A stretch of 64,000 bases of DNA. Source: Myxococcota bacterium. GTDB lineage: Bacteria; Myxococcota_A; SURF-8. The stretch is taken from NCBI GenBank assembly GCA_963674735.2, contig CAXXQS010000001.1, positions 1,184,001 to 1,248,000 on the forward strand. The letters are read 5' to 3'. The notes beneath the pieces were generated by a model. That model worked only from the letters and a program-made list of their open reading frames with translations, ran no database searches and was not told where the DNA came from. Below are positions 17,475 through 27,646 of the stretch, piece by piece. Within the stretch, counting starts at the first letter, position 1. Every line of letters starts with the position of its first letter. The translations under genes and the position numbers were made by a program.

Positions 17475-20327
17475 GTGGCGAACGTCTTGGTTGTCGATGA
17501 TGAGCGAGGAATGCGCACAACTCTGCAGCGTTTTCTTCAAAACGACGGACATGAAACGCAAACCGCTGAGGATGCCGTTCAAGCGTTGAAGTTGATGGAT
17601 GAAACCGTTTTTGACGTGGTGGTTTCCGATATTATTCTTCCGAAAATCAGCGGTGTTCAACTCTTGCAGATGATTCGGGAGCGAGGGGAGAACGTCAAGG
17701 TTCTGTTAATTACCGGAGAGCCCACCACCGGAACGGCCGTCGAAGCCGTCCGCGCCGGGGCGTTCGATTATCTGGCAAAACCGGTTTCGGGACGTGATAT
17801 ATGCCGGGTGGTCAATGCCGCTTCCAAGATCAAGCAACTCGAAGATCAAAACGAAAACTACCAGAAACATCTTGAGAAACTGGTGGAGGAACGAACTCAG
17901 CAGATTCGCCGATATTCCGAGCGGTTGACGCATATCGCGATGGATACCAAATTGTTTGGGATCAGCAAGACGGTCGATCATCTGGCAGAACGGGTGATGA
18001 CGCTTCTATCTGAAAACGTGGGGACAAAAGGAGGAGGCCTGTTTCTGAAGGAGGGGAATTGCCTGCGTCTCGTATACGCTATCGATGCGGGGCATCAGAA
18101 AAATGTCATTCCCTATCCGCCACCCGCACAGACGATTCTGCATCATGTTTGTGAAGAGGGCAAAACCCTGATCTACGACGACATCGACCAACTTGAAGAC
18201 GTCTGTCCTTCCGGGTGGTCCGGGTATCGGAACGGATCCGCCATGGCCATTCCACTGGTCGATTCCCGAAAAGACTTTTGTGGGGTGGTGACGTTACACA
18301 ATAAAATCGATCCTCCCTTCACGGCTCAGGATGCCGAACTGGGAGATATCATCATTTCTCACAGTATCGAAGCAATCAAAGTGATCAAGTTGAACCATTC
18401 GTTGAAAATTTCGGAAGATAAATACCGAAAAATCAGCGATGAAAGCCTAACCGGCATATTTATCCAAAAAGACTCGAAAGTCGTATATGTCAATCCCAGG
18501 TTGGGATATATGCTGGAGTGTGCTCCGGAGGAAATACCCAGCCTGATTGGAACGTCATTTCTCGATTTTATTTATGAAAGCGATCGTGCACTTGTCGAGA
18601 AACGTTCACGTGAACGCCTTGCTGGATTGGCTGTCCCGGCCAATTACGAAATTCGTATGCGCAGCCGTTCCGGTCGCAAAATCTGGTGCGAACTTCTGGC
18701 CTCCGTTATCGAGCACGAGGGACAACCGGCCATCATGGGGCATTTGATCGACATAACGGATCGGAAAGAGACGGAAGACGCGCTGATCCGAAGCAAGGAA
18801 CGTTATCGTTCCTTGATAGAGAACGCCCCGTTGGGCATTATCTCTGCCGATTTTAATGGAAACATTCTGAGTATCAATCCCGCCCTGCTGCAGATTTTGG
18901 GAAGCCCGTCGAGAGAGGCCGCGAGTCAGATCAATATGCTTACGTTCCCGAATCTGGTGGAGTCGGGTGTTTCGGCCGATATCCGTAAATGTCTGGATAC
19001 CGGTCTCTCTTTCGTTTCGGAGCATGGCTATCGATCTAAATGGGGGAAAGAATCCTGCTTGCGTTACCACATCCGGGCACAGCACGATAGCGTTGGAAAC
19101 ATCAGCGGTGTCTTGGCCATGGTTGAGGATATCTCCGATGCGGTTGCGGCGGAAGAAGAACGCAAAAAGCTGACGGCCCAGTTACAGCAGGCCCAGAAAA
19201 TGGAGGCCATCGGACGTTTGGCGGGTGGAATCGCGCATGATTTCAATAACCTGCTGACTGGCATCACCGGAAATGTGTCGCTCGCTATGTTGGATCTCGC
19301 TACTGAAGATCCCATGCAGGAGGCGCTGGATGAAATTCAGGAAGCCGCTTCGAATGCGGCCGGGTTGACACGCCAGTTACTCGCTTTTTCGCGCAAGCAG
19401 ATTATGGAAATGAAAAGCGTCAATCTGAACGACCTGGTACAAAACCTGTTTCGTATGATGCAGCGCTTGATCGGTGAACATATTGAAATTCGAATGGAAC
19501 TGGTTGACGATATCCCGAGTATTAAAGCGGATCCGGTGCAGATCGAACAGATCATCATCAACCTTGCCGTTAACGCACGCGATGCCATGCCTGAGGGCGG
19601 GAAACTGTTATTCAAAACCGAAGTGGAAACCATTGTTGATTCCAGCGAAAGCGAAGATGAGCGCAATCAGTTAACCCCAGGGTGCTATGTGGTTTTCAGT
19701 GTGACGGATACGGGTTGCGGTATCGATCTGAATCTACAGCCTCATATTTTTGAGCCGTTTTTCACGACCAAAGAGAAGGGCGAGGGAACCGGGCTTGGGC
19801 TTTCGACGGTATACGGGATTGTGAAGCAGCATAACGGTGCGGTTCGCCTGAAATCTGATTTAGGTGAAGGCTCTTCCTTTCGTATTTATATTCCCGCCAC
19901 GGAAGGAAAAACGGAACACAAGGCAAGTGCGAACAAACCCGAGAATATGCCGCACGGCAATGAAACCATTCTCATGGTTGAAGACGAACGTGTCGTGCGA
20001 GATATGACTCAGAAACTACTGACACGCATGGGGTACGACGTTCACTCCGCAAGCAATGGTTTGGATGCGCTGGCTCTGATCAAAAAAAATTCCCATGTAT
20101 TTGACCTGCTCCTAACCGATGTGGTGATGCCGGAAATGAACGGACGTGAGTTGGCGGAAAAAGCACGGGAATTGATCCCCGATGTGAAGGTCATATTCAC
20201 TTCCGGATACACCGACGACATGATTCTGCAGCACAAGGTTTTTGAAGAATCGGTTGACTTCATCGGCAAGCCTTACTCCCCTCTCGAAATGACGCGAAAA
20301 ATCCGCTCGGTATTAGACCGTAAATAA
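17475..20327 (+). CDS. Hybrid sensor kinase REC-GAF-PAS-PAS-HisKA-HATPase-REC
   Basis: GTG start after GAGGG. VLVVDDE, GGIAHDFNN, NARDAM, FFTTK..GTGLGL and a C-terminal receiver. Confidence 0.92.
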   Translation: MANVLVVDDERGMRTTLQRFLQNDGHETQTAEDAVQALKLMDETVFDVVVSDIILPKISGVQLLQMIRERGENVKVLLITGEPTTGTAVEAVRAGAFDYLAKPVSGRDICRVVNAASKIKQLEDQNENYQKHLEKLVEERTQQIRRYSERLTHIAMDTKLFGISKTVDHLAERVMTLLSENVGTKGGGLFLKEGNCLRLVYAIDAGHQKNVIPYPPPAQTILHHVCEEGKTLIYDDIDQLEDVCPSGWSGYRNGSAMAIPLVDSRKDFCGVVTLHNKIDPPFTAQDAELGDIIISHSIEAIKVIKLNHSLKISEDKYRKISDESLTGIFIQKDSKVVYVNPRLGYMLECAPEEIPSLIGTSFLDFIYESDRALVEKRSRERLAGLAVPANYEIRMRSRSGRKIWCELLASVIEHEGQPAIMGHLIDITDRKETEDALIRSKERYRSLIENAPLGIISADFNGNILSINPALLQILGSPSREAASQINMLTFPNLVESGVSADIRKCLDTGLSFVSEHGYRSKWGKESCLRYHIRAQHDSVGNISGVLAMVEDISDAVAAEEERKKLTAQLQQAQKMEAIGRLAGGIAHDFNNLLTGITGNVSLAMLDLATEDPMQEALDEIQEAASNAAGLTRQLLAFSRKQIMEMKSVNLNDLVQNLFRMMQRLIGEHIEIRMELVDDIPSIKADPVQIEQIIINLAVNARDAMPEGGKLLFKTEVETIVDSSESEDERNQLTPGCYVVFSVTDTGCGIDLNLQPHIFEPFFTTKEKGEGTGLGLSTVYGIVKQHNGAVRLKSDLGEGSSFRIYIPATEGKTEHKASANKPENMPHGNETILMVEDERVVRDMTQKLLTRMGYDVHSASNGLDALALIKKNSHVFDLLLTDVVMPEMNGRELAEKARELIPDVKVIFTSGYTDDMILQHKVFEESVDFIGKPYSPLEMTRKIRSVLDRK

Positions 20328-20416
20328 ACGACGAAAAACCTTGCCATCAGGGCATAGGCGCGTTTCAATAGTCGGCCGTCACCGCATCGGTAACGGAAAC
20401 CGGACAGGTAGGTTCA

Positions 20417-21346
20417 ATGATAGAGTTTGAAAATCGTTTGAGCAAACGCTGGCGACATCTGAAAAAATGGGCGCGACGTACACATGCCGAGGCTTTTCGC
20501 GTATATGATCGGGATATCCCGGGCTTTCCTTTCTTTGTGGATTGCTATGGTGATGCCGCCGTCGTGCAGATTTGGGCTCGTTCCTCTGAAACGGAAGAGA
20601 AGGAACGCATTTCCGAAGATGAGGTGGTGGCAGTTGTGGCGCGTGTGATGGAAATTTCTCCGCAACACGTCTTTTTAAAAACGCGCCAACGTCAGAAGGG
20701 GGCGAGTCAGTACGAACGTTTGGCCCGGCAAAGTGTGGAGCGCTGCGTTAAAGAGGGCGATCTGCAATTTATCGTCAATCTTTCGGATTATGTCGATACG
20801 GGCCTGTTTTTGGACCATCGTCCGACCCGCCGGATCGTTCGTGATATGGCGGCCGATTTGCGTATTCTAAATACATTCGCGTACACCGGCTCGTTTTCCG
20901 TTGCGGCGCTGGCCGGAGGAGCCAAGCAGGTTACCACCCTGGATATGTCGAATACATACCTGAACTGGACTCTGCGAAATCTGCAATTAAATCAGCTCGA
21001 TGAAGCACGGCACCGGTTTGTGCGAGAAGATGCCATGGTATGGCTTGGAAAACAAAAGCAATCTGCCGATTACGATTTGATCATTCTCGATCCGCCGTCG
21101 TTTTCCAACTCGAAACGCATGCGCGAAAGTTTCGATATTCAGCGCGATCACGCCGAGCTGATCCGACGGACGCTACGGCTGCTGAGACCGGGAGGAAAAT
21201 TGTTGTTTTCGGCCAACCGGCGACGTTTTCGCCTGGACCCCATGCTTGCGGAAATCGCCAACATAACCGATATTACCAAGCAAACGACTCCCGAAGACTT
21301 CAAACGGCGTCCGCCGCATGTGGCCTGGTGGATCGAAATCGCTTGA
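20417..21346 (+). CDS. SAM-dependent rRNA methyltransferase resembling the RlmK half of RlmKL
   Basis: FENRL...YDRDIP, QKGASQY, DTGLFLDHR, LNTFAYTGSFS and DPPSFSNSKRM motifs. Confidence 0.85.
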   Translation: MIEFENRLSKRWRHLKKWARRTHAEAFRVYDRDIPGFPFFVDCYGDAAVVQIWARSSETEEKERISEDEVVAVVARVMEISPQHVFLKTRQRQKGASQYERLARQSVERCVKEGDLQFIVNLSDYVDTGLFLDHRPTRRIVRDMAADLRILNTFAYTGSFSVAALAGGAKQVTTLDMSNTYLNWTLRNLQLNQLDEARHRFVREDAMVWLGKQKQSADYDLIILDPPSFSNSKRMRESFDIQRDHAELIRRTLRLLRPGGKLLFSANRRRFRLDPMLAEIANITDITKQTTPEDFKRRPPHVAWWIEIA

Positions 21347-21648
21347 GGCACATTTCTTCTGGCAACGGCACCGAGAGGAATTCTGAGAAATGTGTGAGGA
21401 AAGATTAGAAGCCGATATGTGGTTCCAATGTTAAATATTCTTAATCGGTCATGGTGTTGCTCGTGAAATATCGCTAACCAAGTGAGAACTTACATCAAAG
21501 AAAAATAAAAAATTACAAAAACACGCTTGACTTGTTGCTATCTATTTGGTAGCTTGCCTTAAATTATCGTCAATGTGTGGGGCGCAACTTTCTTGTCTTT
21601 CTTGTGTTTCGAGTAAGTAATAGATACACGGGTTGATGGAGGGATGTA

Positions 21649-22017
21649 ATGACCGTCGCCGCAATTGTTGTTGACAATTCAATTCCGGTTGTCGGCTTCA
21701 CTGAGAAAGCCCTGAAACGTTTGGGTTATCAGGTTTCGGCCGCCAACGACGGAGAAGAAGCGGTCATGCTCTGCGAGGAGCATCGTAATCGCTTCCAATT
21801 GGTTGTGGCCGATGTGTTTCGTTCGGGGCGCGACCATCGGGCCATGATCGCGCGCATGCGACATACGCAGCCGGGGATGAAGGTTCTTTATACCTCGGGA
21901 GTTTCGGCGGATGTCTTGCATGAATATGGAGTGAGTCTAGGGGAGGACGAGCTTCTGGAAAAGCCGTTCACGTTGCAAGACCTAAATCAGAAGTTGTCCA
22001 AAATTCACAATAGCTGA
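21649..22017 (+). CDS. Single-domain response regulator (degenerate)
   Basis: Receiver pattern VVDN...LVVADV...LYTSG...EKPF, with RBS GGAGG. Confidence 0.75.
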   Translation: MTVAAIVVDNSIPVVGFTEKALKRLGYQVSAANDGEEAVMLCEEHRNRFQLVVADVFRSGRDHRAMIARMRHTQPGMKVLYTSGVSADVLHEYGVSLGEDELLEKPFTLQDLNQKLSKIHNS

Positions 22018-22100
22018 TTTCTTTCCCCGGATTGCAGATCGAACGAATCTATACCTTGCCCCGTAGTAGGGAAGGCCTGGATAAGAGTCAATAACCGAGG

Positions 22101-22442
22101 TCAGTTAAATCGAATGCGGGCGTGCTCTTCGCACAGGCTGCGAACCTCCAGCGCCCGCACCTGCTTCCAACGTCGTTCGTCCATATAGCAGTAAAAAGCG
22201 GCCGTGTACCCCGGTCGAATCACGGTTGTTCCAACCGGGGTAATCCCATCAAGCCGCTCGTTGCCCGCCTCTGTTTCAAGCTGAAATCCGCCGTCGATTT
22301 TCAGATCGCGATCCGTGTGGTTGGTCAGACGGATTTCCAGGTTTTGATCCATCATTTTCAGGCCGCAGCAGGTCTTGAACGCCAGGACGTCTTCGACATC
22401 GGAATTCATCTGCACCTGGATAACCAGGGATTTCTCACCCAT
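22101..22442 (-). CDS. Hypothetical protein with a CC motif, last gene of the thiolase operon
   Basis: Start overlaps the thiolase stop. 113 aa. Confidence 0.65.
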   Translation of the reverse strand: MGEKSLVIQVQMNSDVEDVLAFKTCCGLKMMDQNLEIRLTNHTDRDLKIDGGFQLETEAGNERLDGITPVGTTVIRPGYTAAFYCYMDERRWKQVRALEVRSLCEEHARIRFN

Positions 22443-23646
22443 CGTATTGGCCGATGATCGAAATGCTGCAGACGTTCATGAATGGAAATCCGCCCAGGTT
22501 GTGGGTCAATCCGTAACGCGGATTTTCGAGCTGACGTTCTCCGGCGCGTCCCTGGAACTGCAGATACATCTCGTAGATCATGCGCAGCCCCGAGGCTCCG
22601 ATGGGATGGCCGAAACATTTCAAACCGCCATCCACCTGGCAGGGAACACCGCCTCCGCGTAAATCGTAAAAGCCATCCATGATGTCGTTTACAGCGTGCC
22701 CGCGTTCGGAAATATGCAGGTCTTCATAGGTAACCAACTCGGTGATGGAGAAGCAATCGTGCAGTTCCATCATGCTGATTTCACGGCGCGGATCGGTGAT
22801 GCCGGCTTCTTTGTAGGCGCGCTCGCTGCATTTGTCGGTGGTCATGAAGTGCGAGCCGTCCCACTCGTTGTAACCCATTTCCTCACCGTTTGAGAGTGCC
22901 AGCTGCAAGGCTTTGACCGTAATCGGGTTTTTGATCCCCATTTCGCGTGCTTTTTCGACGGTGGTGACGATGGCGCAGGCCGAGCCGTCGCTGACCCCAC
23001 AGCAGTCGAACAATCCCAGCGGGTGGGCAATGATGGGAGCAGCCATGACTTGTTCTTCGGTGACGGCTTTGCGCAGATGCGCTTTCGGATTCAGAACGCC
23101 GTTGGCATGGCTTTTCGCCGAAATGTGGGCCATGGCGCGTTTGATGTCCTGATCTTTGACTTTGTGCTTGGCCGAGTAAGCCGAGGCCAACTGAGCGAAG
23201 GCTCCAGGGGCCGAAAGATTGGGATACCACAGCCAGTTGAGCGAGCCCGCGCCCGATCCCGGATTGGGCAGGCCGCCGTATCCGGTGTCCTTCAATTTCT
23301 CTACACCAAGCGCCAAGGCGACATCGTAAGCACCTGATGCTACCGCGTAAACCGCACCGCGAAAAGCTTCGGTGCCGCTGGCGCAATAGTTTTCAAGCCG
23401 TGTACCAGCGATGAATGGCAGGCGCAACGCGCGTGAAAAACCCAGCGCGCTTTTCCCGATGCTGATCTCTTCCATACAGACGCTGAACCATCCCGCTTCG
23501 ATGTCGTCGCGGTCAATCTTGGCGTCTTCCAAAGCTTCGACAAAAGCTTCCACCATCAGATTTTCCGGCCCGGCATCCCATCGCTCGCCGAAACGTGTGC
23601 AGCCCATACCGATGATCGCCACCTTGTCTCGAATTCCCGTGGCCAT
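22435..23646 (-). CDS. Thiolase family protein (SCP-x/HDCF type acetyl-CoA acetyltransferase)
   Basis: ATG 23646 after GGAGGA. ENYCASG, ELHDCF, GHPIGASG and HNLGG motifs. Confidence 0.92.
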   Translation of the reverse strand: MATGIRDKVAIIGMGCTRFGERWDAGPENLMVEAFVEALEDAKIDRDDIEAGWFSVCMEEISIGKSALGFSRALRLPFIAGTRLENYCASGTEAFRGAVYAVASGAYDVALALGVEKLKDTGYGGLPNPGSGAGSLNWLWYPNLSAPGAFAQLASAYSAKHKVKDQDIKRAMAHISAKSHANGVLNPKAHLRKAVTEEQVMAAPIIAHPLGLFDCCGVSDGSACAIVTTVEKAREMGIKNPITVKALQLALSNGEEMGYNEWDGSHFMTTDKCSERAYKEAGITDPRREISMMELHDCFSITELVTYEDLHISERGHAVNDIMDGFYDLRGGGVPCQVDGGLKCFGHPIGASGLRMIYEMYLQFQGRAGERQLENPRYGLTHNLGGFPFMNVCSISIIGQYDG

Positions 23647-23651
23647 TGTTT

Positions 23652-24903
23652 TCCTCCTTAGAATTTGAAGAGTTTGGCGATGAGTTGGGATTTCATGAGG
23701 TCGCCTGCGATTTTGAGTTTTCCTGACGTGTAGGCGGTCATGGGATTTAGTTTTCCGGCGGTCATATCGAGGAAGTCCTGTGCGCTCATGGCCAGGGTGG
23801 TGGTGGGGTTGGGGTGTTTTCCTTTTTCGACGGTGAGGGTCTGGTCTTTGACGGCGACGAACCATTGTCCGCCGTTGTCGCCTGCGAGATCGTACTGGAA
23901 GACGGCGTCGATACCGGCGGCTTTGTCTTTTTGGAAGACGTTCGGCATTTGGGCGAAGATATCGGCGGCGGAGGCCGCGTCGGCGTTTTTAGCGGTCTGC
24001 GGGGCGTCGCCGGTGGAGGCAGCCATCATGGGGGCCATAGCGGCGGTCAAGTTCGGGTATTCTTCGGCGTTCTCCATGGTGGCGATGCGGCTGTACTGGT
24101 CGCGCACCTGTTCGGGTGTAGGGGCGGTATCCGCCGTTCCGAGCATGGCTCCCGGTCCGGTGACGATGGCGGAGCGGGAGAAGTATCCGCCGCCGGCGTT
24201 GAGGATTTCACCGGAATGGCTGCAGTCCTCCGAGCAGAAGTACAAAACTGCCGGGGCGACGTTCTCCGGCTCGAGCCGGGCCAGCAGGTCGGGCGGCAGA
24301 AGGCCTTCGGTCAGGCGCGTGGCGGCGATGGGGGCGACGGTGTTGATGTGGATGTCGTAGCGCGCGCCTTCCTGTTTGAGGGTATTCATGAAGCCGATGA
24401 GGCCCATTTTGGCGGCGCTGTAGTTGGCCTGGCCGAAGTTTCCGAAGAGTCCGGCGGCGCTGGTGGTAAGCACGATGCGGCCGTATTTCTGTTCTCGCAT
24501 GTGGGCGAAGGCGGGCTGGGTGACGTAATAGGCGGCGTCGAGATGGACGCCCAGAACGGCTTTCCAGTCGCTTTCGGCCATTTTCATGAAGGATTTGTCG
24601 CGCAGGATTCCGGCGTTGTTGATGAGGATATCGAGGCGTCCGAAGGCGTCGATGGCGGCTTTGACGATGGCTTCGCCGCCTTCTTTGCTTGCAACGGAGT
24701 CGTAGTTGGCGACGGCCTGTCCGTCGAAGGCGCGGATTTCCTCGACGACCTTGTCGGCGGCGCGGCTGGAGGTGCCTGAGCCGTCGGCGGCACCGCCCAG
24801 ATCGTTGACCACCACCTTCGCGCCGCGTCGCGCCAGCTCAAGCGCATACGCGCGCCCCAAGCCCGCCCCGGCCCCCGTCACCACCGCCACACGGTCGGTG
24901 AAG
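23652..24903. repeat. Copy 1 of a 1252-bp direct repeat (SDR+SCP2 block plus downstream RBS)
   Basis: Matches 26395-27646 at a constant offset of 2743, with about 16 substitutions counted by eye. Confidence 0.97.
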
Positions 24904-26387
24904 TCCTGGTCCGGGCCGACTTGCAGCGCGGCCTGCGCTGCGTCGATCGGGGAGGCTTTCCAGAAATACCCGGTAAACCCGCGTTCCGAATCGGTGTAAC
25001 GTTTGCGGAATACCATTTCGACCGGCTGACCGACGAATACATCATCCACCTTGCAATCGGTGAAATCGGCCATGAGACGCCCCCCTTGAGGGAACTCTAC
25101 CATTCCGTAGACGCTCGGCGGATCGACCGAGACGGCCAGCAGATCGCCGGTGAAGCTTTTGACACGGGCGGGAGCGTCGGCGAACTCGCAGTCATCTTGA
25201 GTGTATACCGCGTTGCAAGACGGATTGACGCAGATGTCCATCTTGGGGAACTGGCGTGTTCCGCATTCACGACAGACTCCGCCCACAAAGCCGAGCAGCA
25301 TTTTCCGTTCACGCCATAAAGTCGACATGGCGGTTTGCGTGGGAGCTTCGGCACGAATGCCCATTTCGGTTTGAATCATGTCTCGGAATTTGAGGAATTT
25401 CTGGTAGTTGTCGCATTCTTCTTTTCGTTCGAGCGACCCGCGAATGCCCATGCGAGGTGCCAGTCGTTTAATCGCGTCGGTGGCGCGGAAGAGCAGGGCA
25501 TCGGCTCCCTGGCCGAAACCGACCAGTAGCACCGTCTCGCCAGGGCGCAGGTCGGGTAGAACCTGACCCAACATCACGAGCGGATGAGCCGCACCGGTTT
25601 CGCCGCAGACCTCATGCAGGTTGTCCTCCACACGATCCAGGTTGAAACCGATTTTCTTGGCGATTTTGCGGTGTTCGGCCTTAAAAAAACAGGGATAGAC
25701 CACGTGATCAATCTCAGCTGGGGCAATCGAAAGCTTTTTACACAGTCCTTCAACCGCTTGAGGGATGATTTTGCCGTAGCCTTCATCCCGCACCCAGCGT
25801 TCTTCCCACATGTAGTCGATGTCTTTTTTCGTGCCGCGGTAGTGATCGACGAAATCATGCGCCACCGAAAAACTGCCAAGGTATTCGGCAATAACGTTTT
25901 CCGTTCCGACGGTCACGGCCGCCGCGCCGTCGCCGAACCATAACTCGTAGAAATAGGCTGACTTGGACATGCGGCGATCCGACGCCACAACCATCATATT
26001 ATTTCGTTCACCGGATTTCACGGCATCCAGTGCTCCAATGAGTGCGCTGGTGCCGCAACGCAAGGTCGTTCCGTGGTCCTGGGTGAGGATTTCATCTTTC
26101 AGATTGCAACAGGCCTTCACCATTCCTGCGCAACTACGGTCGCTGAAAGGCAGAGTGGTCGAGCACAAAAGCAAGCCGTCGATGGTTTGTTTGTCCATGC
26201 CGCGCAACGTGTCGCGCGCAGCCGCTACCGCCATGGTCAGGGCATCTTCGTCCCAATTGCAAAAGGAACGCTCGCCCTGGGCGACCATCACGATTGCGGG
26301 AGCGAACCAGCCCATATTCTGTACGACACTCATGCGGTTGAGACGCAGGCGCGGGATGTAGCCGCCGTAGGAGGTCAGTCCGATCAT
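23658..26387 (-). CDS. Four-domain fusion: HMG-CoA-synthase/KASIII-like + DUF35 (Zn ribbon/OB fold) + SDR dehydrogenase + SCP2
   Basis: YGGYIPRLRL, DEDALTMAV and GDGAAA; CRECG...CVNPSC; TGAGAGLG, NNAG and YSAAK; LNPMTAYTSGKLKIAGD. Confidence 0.9.
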   Translation of the reverse strand: MIGLTSYGGYIPRLRLNRMSVVQNMGWFAPAIVMVAQGERSFCNWDEDALTMAVAAARDTLRGMDKQTIDGLLLCSTTLPFSDRSCAGMVKACCNLKDEILTQDHGTTLRCGTSALIGALDAVKSGERNNMMVVASDRRMSKSAYFYELWFGDGAAAVTVGTENVIAEYLGSFSVAHDFVDHYRGTKKDIDYMWEERWVRDEGYGKIIPQAVEGLCKKLSIAPAEIDHVVYPCFFKAEHRKIAKKIGFNLDRVEDNLHEVCGETGAAHPLVMLGQVLPDLRPGETVLLVGFGQGADALLFRATDAIKRLAPRMGIRGSLERKEECDNYQKFLKFRDMIQTEMGIRAEAPTQTAMSTLWRERKMLLGFVGGVCRECGTRQFPKMDICVNPSCNAVYTQDDCEFADAPARVKSFTGDLLAVSVDPPSVYGMVEFPQGGRLMADFTDCKVDDVFVGQPVEMVFRKRYTDSERGFTGYFWKASPIDAAQAALQVGPDQDFTDRVAVVTGAGAGLGRAYALELARRGAKVVVNDLGGAADGSGTSSRAADKVVEEIRAFDGQAVANYDSVASKEGGEAIVKAAIDAFGRLDILINNAGILRDKSFMKMAESDWKAVLGVHLDAAYYVTQPAFAHMREQKYGRIVLTTSAAGLFGNFGQANYSAAKMGLIGFMNTLKQEGARYDIHINTVAPIAATRLTEGLLPPDLLARLEPENVAPAVLYFCSEDCSHSGEILNAGGGYFSRSAIVTGPGAMLGTADTAPTPEQVRDQYSRIATMENAEEYPNLTAAMAPMMAASTGDAPQTAKNADAASAADIFAQMPNVFQKDKAAGIDAVFQYDLAGDNGGQWFVAVKDQTLTVEKGKHPNPTTTLAMSAQDFLDMTAGKLNPMTAYTSGKLKIAGDLMKSQLIAKLFKF

Positions 26388-26394
26388 GTTCAAG

Positions 26395-27646
26395 TCCTCC
26401 TTAGAATTTGAAGAGTTTGGCGATGAGTTGGGATTTCATGAGGTCGCCTGCGATTTTGAGTTTTCCTGACGTGTAGGCGGTCATGGGATTTAGTTTTCCG
26501 GCGGTCATATCGAGGAAGTCCTGTGCGCTCATGGCCAGGGTGGTGGTGGGGTTGGGGTGTTTTCCTTTTTCGACGGTGAGGGTCTGGTCTTTGACGGCGA
26601 CGAACCATTGTCCGCCGTTGTCGCCTGCGAGATCGTACTGGAAGACGGCGTCGATACCGGCGGCTTTGTCTTTTTGGAAGACGTTCGGCATTTGGGCGAA
26701 GATATCGGCGGCGGAGGCCGCGTCGGCGTTTTTAGCGGTCTGCGGGGCGTCGCCGGTGGAGGCGGCCATCATGGGGGCCATGGCGGCGGTCAAGTTGGGG
26801 TATTCTTCGGCGTTCTCCATGGTGGCGATGCGGCTGTACTGGTCGCGCACCTGTTCGGGGGTGGGGGCGGTATCCGCCGTTCCGAGCATGGCTCCCGGTC
26901 CGGTGACGATGGCGGAGCGGGAGAAGTATCCGCCGCCGGCGTTGAGGATTTCGCCGGAATGGCTGCAGTCTTCCGAGCAGAAGTACAAAACCGCCGGGGC
27001 GACGTTCTCCGGTTCGAGTCGGGCCAGCAGGTCGGGCGGCAGAAGGCCTTCGGTCAGGCGCGTGGCGGCGATGGGGGCGACGGTGTTGATGTGGATGTCG
27101 TAGCGCGCGCCTTCCTGTTTGAGGGTATTCATGAAGCCGATGAGGCCCATTTTGGCAGCGCTGTAGTTGGCCTGGCCGAAGTTCCCGAAGAGTCCGGCGG
27201 CGCTGGTGGTAAGCACGATGCGGCCGTATTTCTGTTCTCGCATGTGGGCGAAGGCGGGCTGGGTGACGTAATAGGCGGCGTCGAGATGGACGCCCAGAAC
27301 GGCTTTCCAGTCGCTTTCGGTCATTTTCATGAAGGATTTGTCGCGCAGGATTCCGGCGTTGTTGATGAGGATATCGAGGCGTCCGAAGGCATCGATGGCG
27401 GCTTTGACGATGGCTTCGCCGCCTTCTTTGCTTGCAACGGAGTCGTAGTTGGCGACGGCCTGTCCGTCGAAGGCGCGGATTTCCTCGACGACCTTATCGG
27501 CGGCGCGGCTGGAGGTGCCCGAGCCGTCGGCGGCACCGCCCAGATCGTTGACCACCACCTTCGCGCCGCGTCGCGCCAGCTCAAGCGCATACGCGCGCCC
27601 CAAGCCCGCCCCGGCCCCCGTCACCACCGCCACACGGTCGGTGAAG
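26395..27646. repeat. Copy 2 of the 1252-bp direct repeat
   Basis: Matches 23652-24903. Confidence 0.97.

Noticed and set aside
23658-23680. AKL peroxisomal-targeting-like tail on SDR-SCP2
   Set aside because: AKL is not terminal (AKLFKF) and has no meaning in a bacterium.
23647-23865. 73-aa N-terminal extension of the thiolase, and the twin ORF 26390-26608
   Set aside because: Off-frame reading of the SCP2 coding sequence. The RBS supports ATG 23646.
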